64,000 bases of DNA, taken from positions 90,887 to 154,886 of the forward strand of contig CACPPD010000002.1 in assembly GCA_902635865.1 (NCBI GenBank), written 5' to 3'. Positions 19,710 through 29,637 of this stretch are shown in pieces. A model generated the notes under the pieces. The model searched no databases and had not been told where the DNA came from. It was given only the letters and a program-made list of their open reading frames with translations. This DNA is from an uncultured Pelagibacteraceae bacterium. Its GTDB lineage: Bacteria > Pseudomonadota > Alphaproteobacteria > Pelagibacterales > Pelagibacteraceae. The position numbers and the translations under genes were made by a program. Numbering within the stretch: position 1 is the stretch's first letter; every line of letters begins with the position of its first letter.

Positions 19710-20723
19710 ATGAGTATATTAATTACAGGATCAGCTGGATTTATTGGTTCAGCATTGTGTTTACGTTTGTTGGAACGAGGAGATAAAATTATCGGAATTG
19801 ATAATCATAATGATTATTATGACCCCTTATTAAAAGAATTGCGCGTTGAAAGATACTTAAATAATTCAAATTATACTCACCTTCGTATTGATTTAAACGA
19901 CCGATCAGCTATAGAAAATGCGTTTTCAAAATATAAACCTCAGAAAGTTGTAAACCTAGCAGCTCAAGCAGGAGTTCGTTATTCAATTGAAAATCCTTAT
20001 GTGTATATCAATAGCAATATTGTTGGTTTTTTAAATATATTGGAAGGATGTAGGTACCATAAAATAAAACATCTAGTTTATGCAAGTTCTTCAAGCGTAT
20101 ATGGAGCAAATACTCTTATGCCTTTTAGTGTTAGTCATAACGTAGATCATCCTTTAAGTTTATATGCTGCAACTAAAAAATCTAATGAACTTATGGCTCA
20201 CACTTATAGTCATCTTTATAACTTACCCACAACTGGTCTTCGTTTTTTTACTGTTTACGGTCCTTGGGGTAGACCTGATATGGCGTTATTTCAATTTACC
20301 AAGTCTATTTTAGAGGATAAGAAAATAGATGTTTTTAATTTTGGAAAACATCGAAGGGATTTTACTTATATTGATGATATTGTAGAGGGCGTAATTAGGG
20401 TGCTTGATAAACCGGCATCGTCAGATATTAGTTGGAGTAGTAAAAAACCTAATCCCGGAAGGAGCAAAGCTCCTTGGAGTATATACAACATTGGAAGAAA
20501 TCACCCAGTTGATCTAATGGATTATATAAGTGCATTAGAAAAAGCTTTGGGAAAAAAAGCTAAAATTAATATGCTTCCATTACAGCCAGGCGATGTACCA
20601 GATACATTTGCTGATGTTGAAGATTTAGTCAAAAGCTTTAATTACAAGCCCAAAACTTCTATCGAAGAAGGGGTTGTTAAATTTGTAAATTGGTATCTTA
20701 AATATTTAAAGTTACAAAAATAA
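19710..20723 (+). CDS. UDP-glucuronate 4-epimerase-like NAD-dependent epimerase
   Basis: [47 protein letters not shown]. Confidence 0.93.
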   Translation: MSILITGSAGFIGSALCLRLLERGDKIIGIDNHNDYYDPLLKELRVERYLNNSNYTHLRIDLNDRSAIENAFSKYKPQKVVNLAAQAGVRYSIENPYVYINSNIVGFLNILEGCRYHKIKHLVYASSSSVYGANTLMPFSVSHNVDHPLSLYAATKKSNELMAHTYSHLYNLPTTGLRFFTVYGPWGRPDMALFQFTKSILEDKKIDVFNFGKHRRDFTYIDDIVEGVIRVLDKPASSDISWSSKKPNPGRSKAPWSIYNIGRNHPVDLMDYISALEKALGKKAKINMLPLQPGDVPDTFADVEDLVKSFNYKPKTSIEEGVVKFVNWYLKYLKLQK

Positions 20724-20733
20724 TATATTGATC

Positions 20734-20762
20734 TTTACATTTAGATTGTTTTTTAGTAATAA
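20734..20762 (+). promoter_or_regulatory. Predicted sigma70 promoter of the orphan 5S rRNA
   Basis: TTTACA-N17-TAATAA ending 6 nt before the 5S 5' end. Confidence 0.6.
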
Positions 20763-20768
20763 GCTCAT

Positions 20769-20884
20769 GCCTGGTGATTATTGCGAAAGTGTTATACCCG
20801 ATCCCATTCCGAACTCGGCAGTCAAGCCTTTCAGCGCCAATGGTACTTTGTCTTAAGACACGGAAGAGTAGGACGTTGCCAGGC
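20769..20884 (+). rRNA. rrf: 5S rRNA, unlinked from 23S
   Basis: GCCTGG...CCAGGC terminal helix; CCCGATCCCATTCCGAACTCGG and GAGTAGG signatures. Confidence 0.98.
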
Positions 20885-20893
20885 TGATCTAAA

Positions 20894-21775
20894 ATGAAAA
20901 ATCTCATAGTTGTTACTGGTGGAGCAGGTTTTGTTGGTTCAAATTTAATTGAGCTTTTAATAAAAAAAACAAAATATAAAATTATAAGTTTAGATAACTA
21001 CTCATCAGGGACAAAAAAAAATCATATTAAAAACAAAAGAGTGCAATATATAAAAGGTGACACTGAAAAAATAAAAAGTATTTTAGAAAAACAAAAAACA
21101 AAAATTAAATCACTTTTTCATTTTGGGGAGTTTGCAAGAATTTTTCAGAGTTTTAAAAAATTTGATGAATGTTATCAATCCAATTCTATAGGGTCAAAAG
21201 CTGTGTTTAAATTTTGTTTGAATAACAATATAAAACTTATTTATTCTGCTACTTCTGCAAGTTTAGGGAATAAAGGTAATGATAAAAATCTTTCGCCTTA
21301 TGCGTTTACTAAATCAAAAAACCTAGAGTTATTACAAAACTTAAAAAAATGGTTTAATTTTAAATTTGAAGTTATTTTTTTTTATAATGTATATGGTCCA
21401 AGACAAATTAAGACTGGAGATATGGCAACAGTAATCGGAATTTTTGAAAATCAATATTTAAGCAAAAAACCTTTAACAATTGTAAAACCTGGAACTCAAA
21501 CAAGGAGATTTACACATATTCAAGATACAGTTGATGTTTGCTATGAAGCTTTTAAAAAAGAAAAGTGCAAATATTATAGTATAAGTAGTAAAACTTCTTA
21601 TTCAATTTTAGAGGTTGCAAAAATGTTTAAAAGTAAAATTATTTTTTTAAAACCAAGATTGGGGGAGCGATATGCCTCAGCTTTGACTAAAATTTCCCAG
21701 AATAATCAAATAAATCAAAAATATGGAAAATTACAATTGAAAGATTATATAAGTTCCTTTATTAAGTCATCCTAA
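20894..21775 (+). CDS. NAD-dependent epimerase/dehydratase (extended SDR)
   Basis: [29 protein letters not shown]. Confidence 0.85.
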   Translation: MKNLIVVTGGAGFVGSNLIELLIKKTKYKIISLDNYSSGTKKNHIKNKRVQYIKGDTEKIKSILEKQKTKIKSLFHFGEFARIFQSFKKFDECYQSNSIGSKAVFKFCLNNNIKLIYSATSASLGNKGNDKNLSPYAFTKSKNLELLQNLKKWFNFKFEVIFFYNVYGPRQIKTGDMATVIGIFENQYLSKKPLTIVKPGTQTRRFTHIQDTVDVCYEAFKKEKCKYYSISSKTSYSILEVAKMFKSKIIFLKPRLGERYASALTKISQNNQINQKYGKLQLKDYISSFIKSS

Positions 21776-21777
21776 TT

Positions 21778-21903
21778 ATGAAAATTAAAAGCTCACTTAA
21801 GTCTATAAAGAAAAGAGATTTAAACTCAAAACTTGTTCGTAGAAGAGGAAGAGTTTATATAATAAATAAAACAAACCCAAAATTTAAAGCAAGACAAAAA
21901 TAA
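21778..21903 (+). CDS. rpmJ: 50S ribosomal protein L36, zinc-free type (missed by ORF track)
   Basis: Manual translation [41 protein letters not shown]. Confidence 0.97.
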   Translation: MKIKSSLKSIKKRDLNSKLVRRRGRVYIINKTNPKFKARQK

Positions 21904-21907
21904 TTTT

Positions 21908-22018
21908 ATGGATAATGAAAGCCATAAAAATACTTGGAATACTTTTACTAAATTTGTTCTATGGGGGACAATATCTGTAATTTTAGTTCTTGTTTTAATG
22001 GCAATTTTTCTATTATAA
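21908..22018 (+). CDS. aa3-type cytochrome c oxidase subunit IV-like small protein (missed by ORF track)
   Basis: Manual translation MDNESHKNTWNTFTKFVLWGTISVILVLVLMAIFLL; HxxTW/YxxF plus one TM; sits upstream of pntA as in other Alphaproteobacteria. Confidence 0.8.
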   Translation: MDNESHKNTWNTFTKFVLWGTISVILVLVLMAIFLL

Positions 22019-22021
22019 TTT

Positions 22022-23113
22022 TTGATGCATTTAGTATCTATCACCGAAAATAAACAATCTGAAAAAAGAGTTGCTGTGACTCCAGAGATGGCAAAAAAAT
22101 ATATCGATTTAGGTCTTAAAGTATCACTACAAAATAATTATGCACAACATTTGGGTTTTGATGACGAAAAATATAAAAATCATGGAGTAAATTTCTTAGA
22201 CAAGGATGAGGATTTAATCATCAATTCAGATGTTATTGTACAATTAGGATTGCCAAATGATGAAAAGCTCTCTTTGTTAAAAGAAAATCAAACATTAGTA
22301 GGATCATTAAGCTCATTTTCTAATAAAGAAAAACTAAACGGTTTAAAAAATAAAAAAATTAATTGTTTTTCCCTTGAATTATTACCAAGAATTACAAGAG
22401 CACAATCAATGGATATATTATCATCACAAGCCAATCTAGCAGGATACAAAGCTGTTGTAGAAGCCTTTCAGATTTATGAGAAAGCCATTCCAATGATGAT
22501 GACTGCAGCTGGAACTGTTCCTGCGGCTAAAGTATTGATAGTTGGTGCTGGTGTTGCTGGTTTACAAGCTATTGCAACAGCAAAAAGAATGGGTGCGATA
22601 GTATTTGCTACAGATGTAAGAATGGCCTCAAAAGAACAGGTTGAAAGTTTAGGTGGAAAATTTTTAACAATAGAAGGTTCAGAAAATTTAGAAACAGAAG
22701 GAGGTTATGCTAAAGAAGCCTCAGATGAATTTAAAAAAAAACAAGAAGAACTACTTTCAGAAACATTAAAAAAGATAGATATAGTAATTTGTACCGCTTT
22801 AATTCCAGGGAGAGAAGCGCCTAAAATTATTAAAGAAGATATGTTTAAAAATTTGCAACCAGGTTCAGTAATATATGATTTAGCAGCAGTTCAAGGAGGA
22901 AATACTGTGTTTACCGAGGTTAATAAGATTGTTGAAAAAGATGGAGTAAAAATTTTAGGTGAAGCAAATATATTAAATAAATTACCAGTATCAGCTTCTA
23001 ATTTGTATGCGAAAAATGTATTTAATTTTATCTCGAATTTGTATGATAAAGAAAATAATAAATTTAATATAAATTTAGAAGATGAAATTATAGAGAAAAC
23101 ACTTATTAAATAG
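22022..23113 (+). CDS. pntAa: NAD(P) transhydrogenase alpha subunit, domain I
   Basis: EKRVAVTP, RITRAQSMDILSSQ, GAGVAGLQA, GGYAKE; start may be the ATG at 22025. Confidence 0.96.
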   Translation: MMHLVSITENKQSEKRVAVTPEMAKKYIDLGLKVSLQNNYAQHLGFDDEKYKNHGVNFLDKDEDLIINSDVIVQLGLPNDEKLSLLKENQTLVGSLSSFSNKEKLNGLKNKKINCFSLELLPRITRAQSMDILSSQANLAGYKAVVEAFQIYEKAIPMMMTAAGTVPAAKVLIVGAGVAGLQAIATAKRMGAIVFATDVRMASKEQVESLGGKFLTIEGSENLETEGGYAKEASDEFKKKQEELLSETLKKIDIVICTALIPGREAPKIIKEDMFKNLQPGSVIYDLAAVQGGNTVFTEVNKIVEKDGVKILGEANILNKLPVSASNLYAKNVFNFISNLYDKENNKFNINLEDEIIEKTLIK

Positions 23114-23117
23114 TATT

Positions 23118-23426
23118 ATGGAAATAGATCCTTTTATATTCAGATTAAGCATATTTATATTATCAATATTTGTTGGGTATTATGTGGTGTGGAGTGTAAC
23201 TCCCTCGTTACATACACCATTGATGTCTGTCACAAATGCAATATCCTCAGTAATTATCGTAGGTGCAATTATTGCGGCTTTATCGGGGAGTGATGGAGTA
23301 GTGTTTTCTTCATCCAGTATTTATGGATTTTTAGCAATTATTTTAGCAGCTGTTAATATCTTTGGTGGATTCTTAGTCACACAAAGAATGCTCTCAATGT
23401 ATAAAAAAAAGAAAAAAAATAAATAA
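23118..23426 (+). CDS. pntAb: NAD(P) transhydrogenase alpha subunit, membrane part
   Basis: LHTPLMSVTNAISS, NIFGGFLVTQRML. Confidence 0.96.
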   Translation: MEIDPFIFRLSIFILSIFVGYYVVWSVTPSLHTPLMSVTNAISSVIIVGAIIAALSGSDGVVFSSSSIYGFLAIILAAVNIFGGFLVTQRMLSMYKKKKKNK

Positions 23427-23429
23427 TAT

Positions 23430-24824
23430 ATGTCTGCAAATATTTCAGCAATTTTATATTTGGTATCTGGGGTTTTATTTATTTTAGCTTTAAGAGGTTT
23501 GTCATCTCCAGAAACTTCAAGACAAGGAAATTTATTTGGAATAATTGGAATGGTAATTGCCGTAACAGTTACATTTTTGTCAGTTGGCAATTTTAGTTCT
23601 GGATTTATATATGTTTTAATATTTTTAGCCATTGGTGGAAGTATAGGAGCATTTATTGCATATCGAATACCAATGACTGCAATGCCAGAATTAGTGGCTG
23701 GTTTTCATAGTTTAGTGGGTTTAGCAGCTGTATTTGTAGCAATTTCTGCATTTATTAATCCATCTGCATTTAATTTAGGGACTCCAGGAAATATTAAACT
23801 TGCAAGTTTAATAGAAATGGCAATCGGAGCAGCGGTTGGTGCGATCACTTTTTCTGGATCTGTTATAGCTTTTTTAAAATTACAAGGAATAATGTCAGGT
23901 GCACCAATAACTTTTAAAGGTCAACATTTATTAAATGCATTATTGTTAATTTTGATTGTAATTTTAACTATTTATCTTTGTTCAACACAATCATCTAATT
24001 TATTTTGGATATTAATTGCAATTTCTTTTTTAATTGGATTTTTAATTATTATTCCAATTGGTGGTGCAGATATGCCAGTTGTAATCTCAATGTTAAATTC
24101 TTATTCAGGTTGGGCTGCAGCTGGAATAGGATTTACTTTGGAAAACACAGCTTTAATTATTACAGGAGCATTGGTTGGATCATCTGGTGCAATACTTTCA
24201 TATATAATGTGTAAAGGAATGAATAGATCATTCTTTAATGTTATTTTAGGTGGTTTTGGTGCAACAGATCAAACATCTCAAAGTCAAAATAAAGAACAAA
24301 GACCAGTAAAAAGTGGTAATGCAGATGATGCAGCTTTTTTAATGAAAAATGCATCTTCAGTTATAATTGTTCCAGGGTATGGAATGGCAGTGGCACAAGC
24401 CCAGCATGCTTTAAGAGAAATGGTGGATACATTAAAAAAGAACGATATAAAAGTATCATATGCTATTCATCCCGTTGCGGGACGTATGCCTGGTCATATG
24501 AATGTTTTGTTGGCTGAAGCAAATGTCCCATATGATGAAGTATTTGAATTGGAAGAAATAAATAATGATTTTGCAAATGCAGATGTTGCATTTGTGATTG
24601 GTGCAAATGACGTCACTAATCCTGTAGCAAAAACAGATCCTCAAAGTCCAATTTATGGAATGCCAGTTCTAGACGTGGAAAAATGTAAATCTGTGTTATT
24701 TGTAAAAAGAAGTTTATCTCCTGGATATGCAGGAATAGATAATGATTTATTCTATAAAGAAAATACTTTAATGCTTTTTGCGGACGCAAAAAAAATGACA
24801 GAGGATATTACAAAGAATTTGTAG
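23430..24824 (+). CDS. pntB: NAD(P) transhydrogenase beta subunit
   Basis: GGADMPVVISMLNSYSG, PGYGMAVAQAQ, HPVAGRMPGHMNVLLAEA. Confidence 0.98.
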   Translation: MSANISAILYLVSGVLFILALRGLSSPETSRQGNLFGIIGMVIAVTVTFLSVGNFSSGFIYVLIFLAIGGSIGAFIAYRIPMTAMPELVAGFHSLVGLAAVFVAISAFINPSAFNLGTPGNIKLASLIEMAIGAAVGAITFSGSVIAFLKLQGIMSGAPITFKGQHLLNALLLILIVILTIYLCSTQSSNLFWILIAISFLIGFLIIIPIGGADMPVVISMLNSYSGWAAAGIGFTLENTALIITGALVGSSGAILSYIMCKGMNRSFFNVILGGFGATDQTSQSQNKEQRPVKSGNADDAAFLMKNASSVIIVPGYGMAVAQAQHALREMVDTLKKNDIKVSYAIHPVAGRMPGHMNVLLAEANVPYDEVFELEEINNDFANADVAFVIGANDVTNPVAKTDPQSPIYGMPVLDVEKCKSVLFVKRSLSPGYAGIDNDLFYKENTLMLFADAKKMTEDITKNL

Positions 24825-24829
24825 ATCTT

Positions 24830-25528
24830 ATGAATATAAAGATTTTTTGTGATATTGCAGACCTCTCTTTAATTAAAAAATTTAATAAAAAAAAAGTTGT
24901 TAAAGGGTTTACAACTAATCCAAGCTTAATGAGAAAAGCTGGCGCAAAAGACTACAAGTCATACTCAAAACAAATACTTAAGTTTTGCAAAAATAAACCA
25001 ATTTCTTTTGAAGTATTTGCTGATGATCAAAAATCTATGATTGAGCAGGGAAAAAAAATAAGTACCTGGGGTAAAAATATATATGTTAAAGTTCCAGTGG
25101 TTAACTCAAAAAATAAGTTTACAGGAAATGTAATTAAAGAGCTTAATGATAACAATATTAAGTTAAATATAACAGCAGTATACACTGCTAAACAAACTGC
25201 AAAAATACTTAAAGTAATAAATAAAAAAACAAAAGTGATAATATCAATTTTTGCAGGAAGAGCAGGAGATACTGGAAAAGATCCAATCCCTGAATTTGTC
25301 AAAAGTATTAAATTAGCAAAAAATTATAAAAATGTAGAAATTTTATGGGCTAGTGTGAGGGAACCGTATAATTATCTGCAAGCTAAACAATTGGGCTGCC
25401 ATATAATCACTATTCCTCCAGCTGTAATTGAGAAAATAGAAAAATTTGGAAAATCATTCAATCAGTTAACTATAGAAACAGTTAAAGCTTTTCTTGTTGA
25501 TAGCAAGAAATCTAATTTTAAAATATAA
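24830..25528 (+). CDS. tal: Transaldolase family protein (short type)
   Basis: GFTTNPSL, YVKVP Schiff-base lysine, LNITAV, LWASVRE. Confidence 0.85.
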   Translation: MNIKIFCDIADLSLIKKFNKKKVVKGFTTNPSLMRKAGAKDYKSYSKQILKFCKNKPISFEVFADDQKSMIEQGKKISTWGKNIYVKVPVVNSKNKFTGNVIKELNDNNIKLNITAVYTAKQTAKILKVINKKTKVIISIFAGRAGDTGKDPIPEFVKSIKLAKNYKNVEILWASVREPYNYLQAKQLGCHIITIPPAVIEKIEKFGKSFNQLTIETVKAFLVDSKKSNFKI

Positions 25529-25534
25529 TTAAAT

Positions 25535-25611
<77 letters not shown>

Positions 25612-25618
25612 GTAATTT

Positions 25619-25813
25619 TTAAATTCTATTCTTAAGTTTATTTAATTTCTTAACTCTTTTAATATTTTCTTGAAGAATTCTTTTTTTCTTTTCAGAAGGT
25701 TTTTCATAAGTATTTTTTAATTTAATAACTTTAAAAAAACCATCTCTTTGAAGTTTTCTTTTTAAAACTCTCAAAGCTTGTTCAACATTATTATCTTTAA
25801 CTTCTATTTTAAT
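25619..25813 (-). CDS. rpsU: 30S ribosomal protein bS21; probable ATT start at 25813 (ORF track uses TTG at 25825)
   Basis: VKDNNVEQALRVLKRKLQRDG...YEKPSEK; GGAGGT 4 nt before ATT. Confidence 0.95.
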   Translation of the reverse strand: MKIEVKDNNVEQALRVLKRKLQRDGFFKVIKLKNTYEKPSEKKKRILQENIKRVKKLNKLKNRI

Positions 25814-25834
25814 AACTACCTCCAAAAAAGCGCT

Positions 25835-25863
25835 TAGATAACACTTTTACAAATTTATGTCTA
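25835..25863 (-). promoter_or_regulatory. Predicted sigma70 promoter of rpsU and tRNA-fMet
   Basis: Minus strand TAGACA-N17-TATCTA with a TGn extended -10. Confidence 0.55.
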
Positions 25864-25876
25864 TCAATTTTATTCA

Positions 25877-26458
25877 TTAAACAGATGCCTGGTTCAACTT
25901 ATTTTGTTTTTCTTTTTCTTTTTTTTCTCTTTTTATTCTTCTTTCAGCTTTTTCAATAGCCTCAACCAAATCTTTTTGAGTGAGTAAATTTAAAGCAACT
26001 GGATCTTTTGGATTTAAATTATTATAGTTCCAATAACTTTTATTTCTAATTGATGTTACTGAATTTTTAGTAATTCCAACTAACTTAGCTATTTGAGAAT
26101 CTTTTAAGATATTGTGTTGTTTAATTAACCACAAAGCAGAGTCTGGTTTATCTTGTCTTTTTGATAATGGGACATATTTTTTTATTTTTTTTTCGTTATT
26201 TGAAATTTCGATATCACTACTTTTAATATTTAATGGTCTATTTTCGTCTTTAGATGATAGTTCAATTTCTTCTCTTGAAAGTTGTCCAGAAATAATTGGA
26301 TTATAGGCTTTTATACCTTTTGCAACTTCACCATCAGCAATTCCTTGAATTTCTACTTCATGCAATTTACAAAAATCCGCGATTTGTTTAAATGTTAGAG
26401 TAGTATTTTCTACTAACCATACGGCAGTTGCCATTGGCATTAAAGGTGCGTTTGACAT
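25877..26458 (-). CDS. trcR: DUF1013 family / cell-cycle transcriptional regulator TrcR
   Basis: PLMPMATAVWLVENTTLTFKQIADFC, YVPLSKRQDKP, PKDPV. Confidence 0.9.
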   Translation of the reverse strand: MSNAPLMPMATAVWLVENTTLTFKQIADFCKLHEVEIQGIADGEVAKGIKAYNPIISGQLSREEIELSSKDENRPLNIKSSDIEISNNEKKIKKYVPLSKRQDKPDSALWLIKQHNILKDSQIAKLVGITKNSVTSIRNKSYWNYNNLNPKDPVALNLLTQKDLVEAIEKAERRIKREKKEKEKQNKLNQASV

Positions 26459-26689
26459 CTAGCTTTTTTTTTCCAATTTAAAATTCTGGAATTTCTTATT
26501 AAATTTACTAATTCTACCTTTGTCCATTAATTTTTGCTTTCCACCAGTCCAGGCCGCATGAGATTTGGGATCTATCTCTAATTTTAATACATCTCCCTCA
26601 GCACCCCAAGTTGATTTAGTTTCAAACTGAGTACCATCAGTCATTTCAACTTTTATAGTGTGGTAGTTTGGATGAATACCTTTTTTCAT
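26459..26689 (-). CDS. rpmE: 50S ribosomal protein L31, cysteine-free
   Basis: [31 protein letters not shown]. Confidence 0.97.
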   Translation of the reverse strand: MKKGIHPNYHTIKVEMTDGTQFETKSTWGAEGDVLKLEIDPKSHAAWTGGKQKLMDKGRISKFNKKFQNFKLEKKS

Positions 26690-26724
26690 ATCGAGACTTA
26701 TAGCAAAAGAAACTTAGAACACAA

Positions 26725-27465
26725 TTAAAAGTTCTTTAAATTTTCAAGCATTTTATCATTAATTGCCCCACTTGATGCTCGAATATCTATATTATTCTGA
26801 TCGAATTTATCTAAATCATTAACTATCCCACCTGCCTCTTCTACCAACAAGGCACCCGCTGCCACATCCCAAATATTAATTTTATTATGAAAAAAACCAT
26901 CTAACCTTCCAGAGGCTACATAAGCCAAATCTAAAGCCGTACATCCGCTATATCTCATATTTAAATTACTGAATTTGACTCCTTCATGATTACTTGAAAA
27001 CAAACATTCATCTATCAAATTTTTATTTGATACTCGTAATCTTTGATTATTAAGATATGCTCCTTTGTTTTTTTCTGCATAAAACATTTCATCTTTAATA
27101 GGATCATAAATTAAACCACTAATTATCTTTTTTTTAGATTGGAGAGCTAAACAAATTGCAAAATGAGGAATACCGTGTAGGAAATTTGTTGTACCATCTA
27201 TTGGATCGATAATCCAAATATTATCCCCATCTTTATTTTTAATTGAGCCAACTTCTTCTGATAAAAAAGAATAATTTTTTTTTGTTTTAGAAAGTTCCTC
27301 AAGTAGAATTTTTTCTACATGTTTGTCAGTTTTTGTAACAAAATCTCGAGGTCCTTTTTTAGAAACTTGTAGTTTCTCAACTTCTCCAAAATCTCTTATT
27401 GCTGACTTTGAAGCTTTTTCAACTGCTTTTATCATAATATTTAAATTTGAAGATATAGAGATCAT
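26725..27465 (-). CDS. suhB: Inositol monophosphatase SuhB
   Basis: WIIDPIDGTTNFLHG, LDLAYVASGRLDG, WDVAAG. Confidence 0.95.
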   Translation of the reverse strand: MISISSNLNIMIKAVEKASKSAIRDFGEVEKLQVSKKGPRDFVTKTDKHVEKILLEELSKTKKNYSFLSEEVGSIKNKDGDNIWIIDPIDGTTNFLHGIPHFAICLALQSKKKIISGLIYDPIKDEMFYAEKNKGAYLNNQRLRVSNKNLIDECLFSSNHEGVKFSNLNMRYSGCTALDLAYVASGRLDGFFHNKINIWDVAAGALLVEEAGGIVNDLDKFDQNNIDIRASSGAINDKMLENLKNF

Positions 27466-27467
27466 TC

Positions 27468-28028
27468 TTAGATTTTTTTAATATATTCCAAATTTCTGGT
27501 ATCGACTACGACTTCATCACCTGCCTCAATAAACGGAGGGACTTGAATATTTAAACCATTATCAAGAGTTGCTGGTTTGTAAGATGATGATACAGTTTGT
27601 CCTTTAAGAGCTGCATCAGTAGTTTCAATTTTACATTGCACTTGGTTAGGTAATTCAATTGATAATGGCTTTTCATTATAAAAACTTACAGAAACTTGCA
27701 GGTTTTCAGTTAAAAGTTTACCTTTATCACCTACAGTTTCTTTTTTTATTTCAATTTGTTCAAATGTTTTTGGATCCATAAAAAAATAATTAATTTCATC
27801 ACTATAAAGATAATTAAATGTTGTTTCATCTAGTGATGCTTTTTCTACTGTTTCACTTGATCTAAATCTTTCATTTAATTTTGTATTTTTATTTAAGCTT
27901 TTCATTTCAACTTGAGCAAATGCGCCACCTTTTCCTGGTTTTACATGTTGGGTTTTTAAAACTTGCCATAAGTCATTTTTATATTCTAAGAGCATTCCAA
28001 CTCTAATTTCTCCAGCATTAATTTTCAT
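27468..28028 (-). CDS. efp: Elongation factor P
   Basis: HVKPGKGGAF, KPATLDNG, VPPFI. Confidence 0.98.
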   Translation of the reverse strand: MKINAGEIRVGMLLEYKNDLWQVLKTQHVKPGKGGAFAQVEMKSLNKNTKLNERFRSSETVEKASLDETTFNYLYSDEINYFFMDPKTFEQIEIKKETVGDKGKLLTENLQVSVSFYNEKPLSIELPNQVQCKIETTDAALKGQTVSSSYKPATLDNGLNIQVPPFIEAGDEVVVDTRNLEYIKKI

Positions 28029-28639
28029 TTTAATCTTTCTATAGCTTGTAACGGTTTATATTTTTTATTTTTCCAAATGTAGCCTGAAATAGCTAAAAAA
28101 TTGGCATTATTCAATAATAGATTTTTATAATTAACAGCATTAATTCCACCAATAGCCACTGTTGGAGTTTTTGTAAATTTTTTAATTTTATTTAATATCT
28201 TTATAGAAGCTACATGCCTAGTTTTTTTAGTTTTAGATTGATTAAAAGCACCAAAGGCAATGTAATCAGCTTTAGCTTTAATTGCTTTTTTTGCTAAATT
28301 GATAGAATTATGACAAGTAATTCCTATAATTTTTTTACCAAGTATTTTTTTTGCTGTTTTAACATTCATATCTTTTTGACCTAGATGGCAACCATCTGCG
28401 TCTAAATTTAAAGCAAGTAGAGGATCATCGTTAATTATAAATTTTACTTTATTTTTTTTGCATATAATTTTAATTTTTTTTCCAATTATAATTTTCTTTT
28501 TTAGAGAATAATTTTTTAGTCTAAGCTGAAAAAAACTTACTTTTCTAGTTTTTAAAACTAAATTAAGATTCTTATAAAAAGAACTATGTATTTTGTTAGG
28601 AGAGATAAGATAAATAAATTTTTTTTTATTTATTTTCAA
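28025..28639 (-). CDS. thiE: Thiamine-phosphate synthase
   Basis: FQLRLK, IINDD, GCHLGQKD, VAIGGI. Confidence 0.9.
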   Translation of the reverse strand: MKINKKKFIYLISPNKIHSSFYKNLNLVLKTRKVSFFQLRLKNYSLKKKIIIGKKIKIICKKNKVKFIINDDPLLALNLDADGCHLGQKDMNVKTAKKILGKKIIGITCHNSINLAKKAIKAKADYIAFGAFNQSKTKKTRHVASIKILNKIKKFTKTPTVAIGGINAVNYKNLLLNNANFLAISGYIWKNKKYKPLQAIERLK

Positions 28640-29636
28640 GTTCGCTAGACCATTTTCCTTGAGCAGCTAAAGTGCACATTTTAGCTCTGTGATTAAAAGT
28701 AGTTTGAGTTGCCTCTACATTTTTAATATCATTAGACCAAACTTTTAAAGCACTTTGTTGAAGAGCTCTTCCATATGAATAGGTCATTATAAAATTAGTA
28801 TTGTTGTTTTTATTTATTAAATTTAAATTTTCTGTGGCCTCAATTTCAGATTGTCCTCCAGATAAAAAAGCTACCCCAGGAACTTCAGTGGGTACACAAT
28901 TTTTAAGGCATTCCAACGTTTTGATAGAAACTTCTTCACTAGAAATTTTATTTTCTGATAGGTTGCCAGACAAAATCATATTCGGTTTTAATATTATTCC
29001 TGAGAGATCAACTTTGTGCAAAATTAATTCCTCAAAACATTTTTTAATTACCTCTGATGTTTTATTTAAACAAACCTCAGCAGAATGGTTTCCATCCATC
29101 AATACCTCAGGTTCTACTATTGGAACCATTCCATTTTCTTGAACAAGTGCAGAGTACCTAGCAAGTGCATGAGCATTGGTACTAATTGCTAGTTTGCTTG
29201 GATATGTTTCACCAATAGAATAGACGCCTCTCCATTTTGTAAATCTTGCTCCAATATCATAATATTTTTTCAATCTATCTCTAAGGCCATCTAATCCTTC
29301 TGTAATTTTTTCTTTGGAGGAATTTGCTAAATCTTTTGCACCAGTATCAACTTTAATTCCAGTAACTGCACCTGAACTAGATATTAAATCTGGTATTGAC
29401 TTTCCTGTGCTTGAAATTTGATTGATGGTTTCATCGTAAAGAATAACACCACCTATATAATCTTTCATTCCATCTGATGAAAAGAGAATTTCTCTGAAGG
29501 AAAGCCTATTTTCTGGAGTTGATACGACATTAACTGCTTCAAGTCTTTTTGTCATAGTTCCATTGCTTTCATCAGCTGCAAGAATGCCTTTGCCATTGGA
29601 AATTATTTTAAGTGCAATTTTATTTAGTTCAGACAT
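28626..29636 (-). CDS. fba: Fructose-bisphosphate aldolase class I
   Basis: GKGILAADES, VPIVEPE, LKPNM, FLSGGQS, SYGRALQ. Confidence 0.96.
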   Translation of the reverse strand: MSELNKIALKIISNGKGILAADESNGTMTKRLEAVNVVSTPENRLSFREILFSSDGMKDYIGGVILYDETINQISSTGKSIPDLISSSGAVTGIKVDTGAKDLANSSKEKITEGLDGLRDRLKKYYDIGARFTKWRGVYSIGETYPSKLAISTNAHALARYSALVQENGMVPIVEPEVLMDGNHSAEVCLNKTSEVIKKCFEELILHKVDLSGIILKPNMILSGNLSENKISSEEVSIKTLECLKNCVPTEVPGVAFLSGGQSEIEATENLNLINKNNNTNFIMTYSYGRALQQSALKVWSNDIKNVEATQTTFNHRAKMCTLAAQGKWSSELENK

Positions 29637-29637
29637 T

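Larger units (their letters stand above)
1..20723. other. Hypervariable surface-glycan island (SAR11 HVR2-like) ending at the 5S rRNA
   Basis: Almost only glycan genes; abrupt switch to core genes after 5S; HVR2 is known to lie between 23S and 5S in SAR11. Confidence 0.8.

Noticed and set aside
20698-20907. 69-aa minus-strand ORF
   Set aside because: Antisense to the 5S rRNA; a common spurious ORF
21826-22044. 72-aa minus-strand ORF
   Set aside because: Shadow of rpmJ and the CoxIV-like gene on the plus strand
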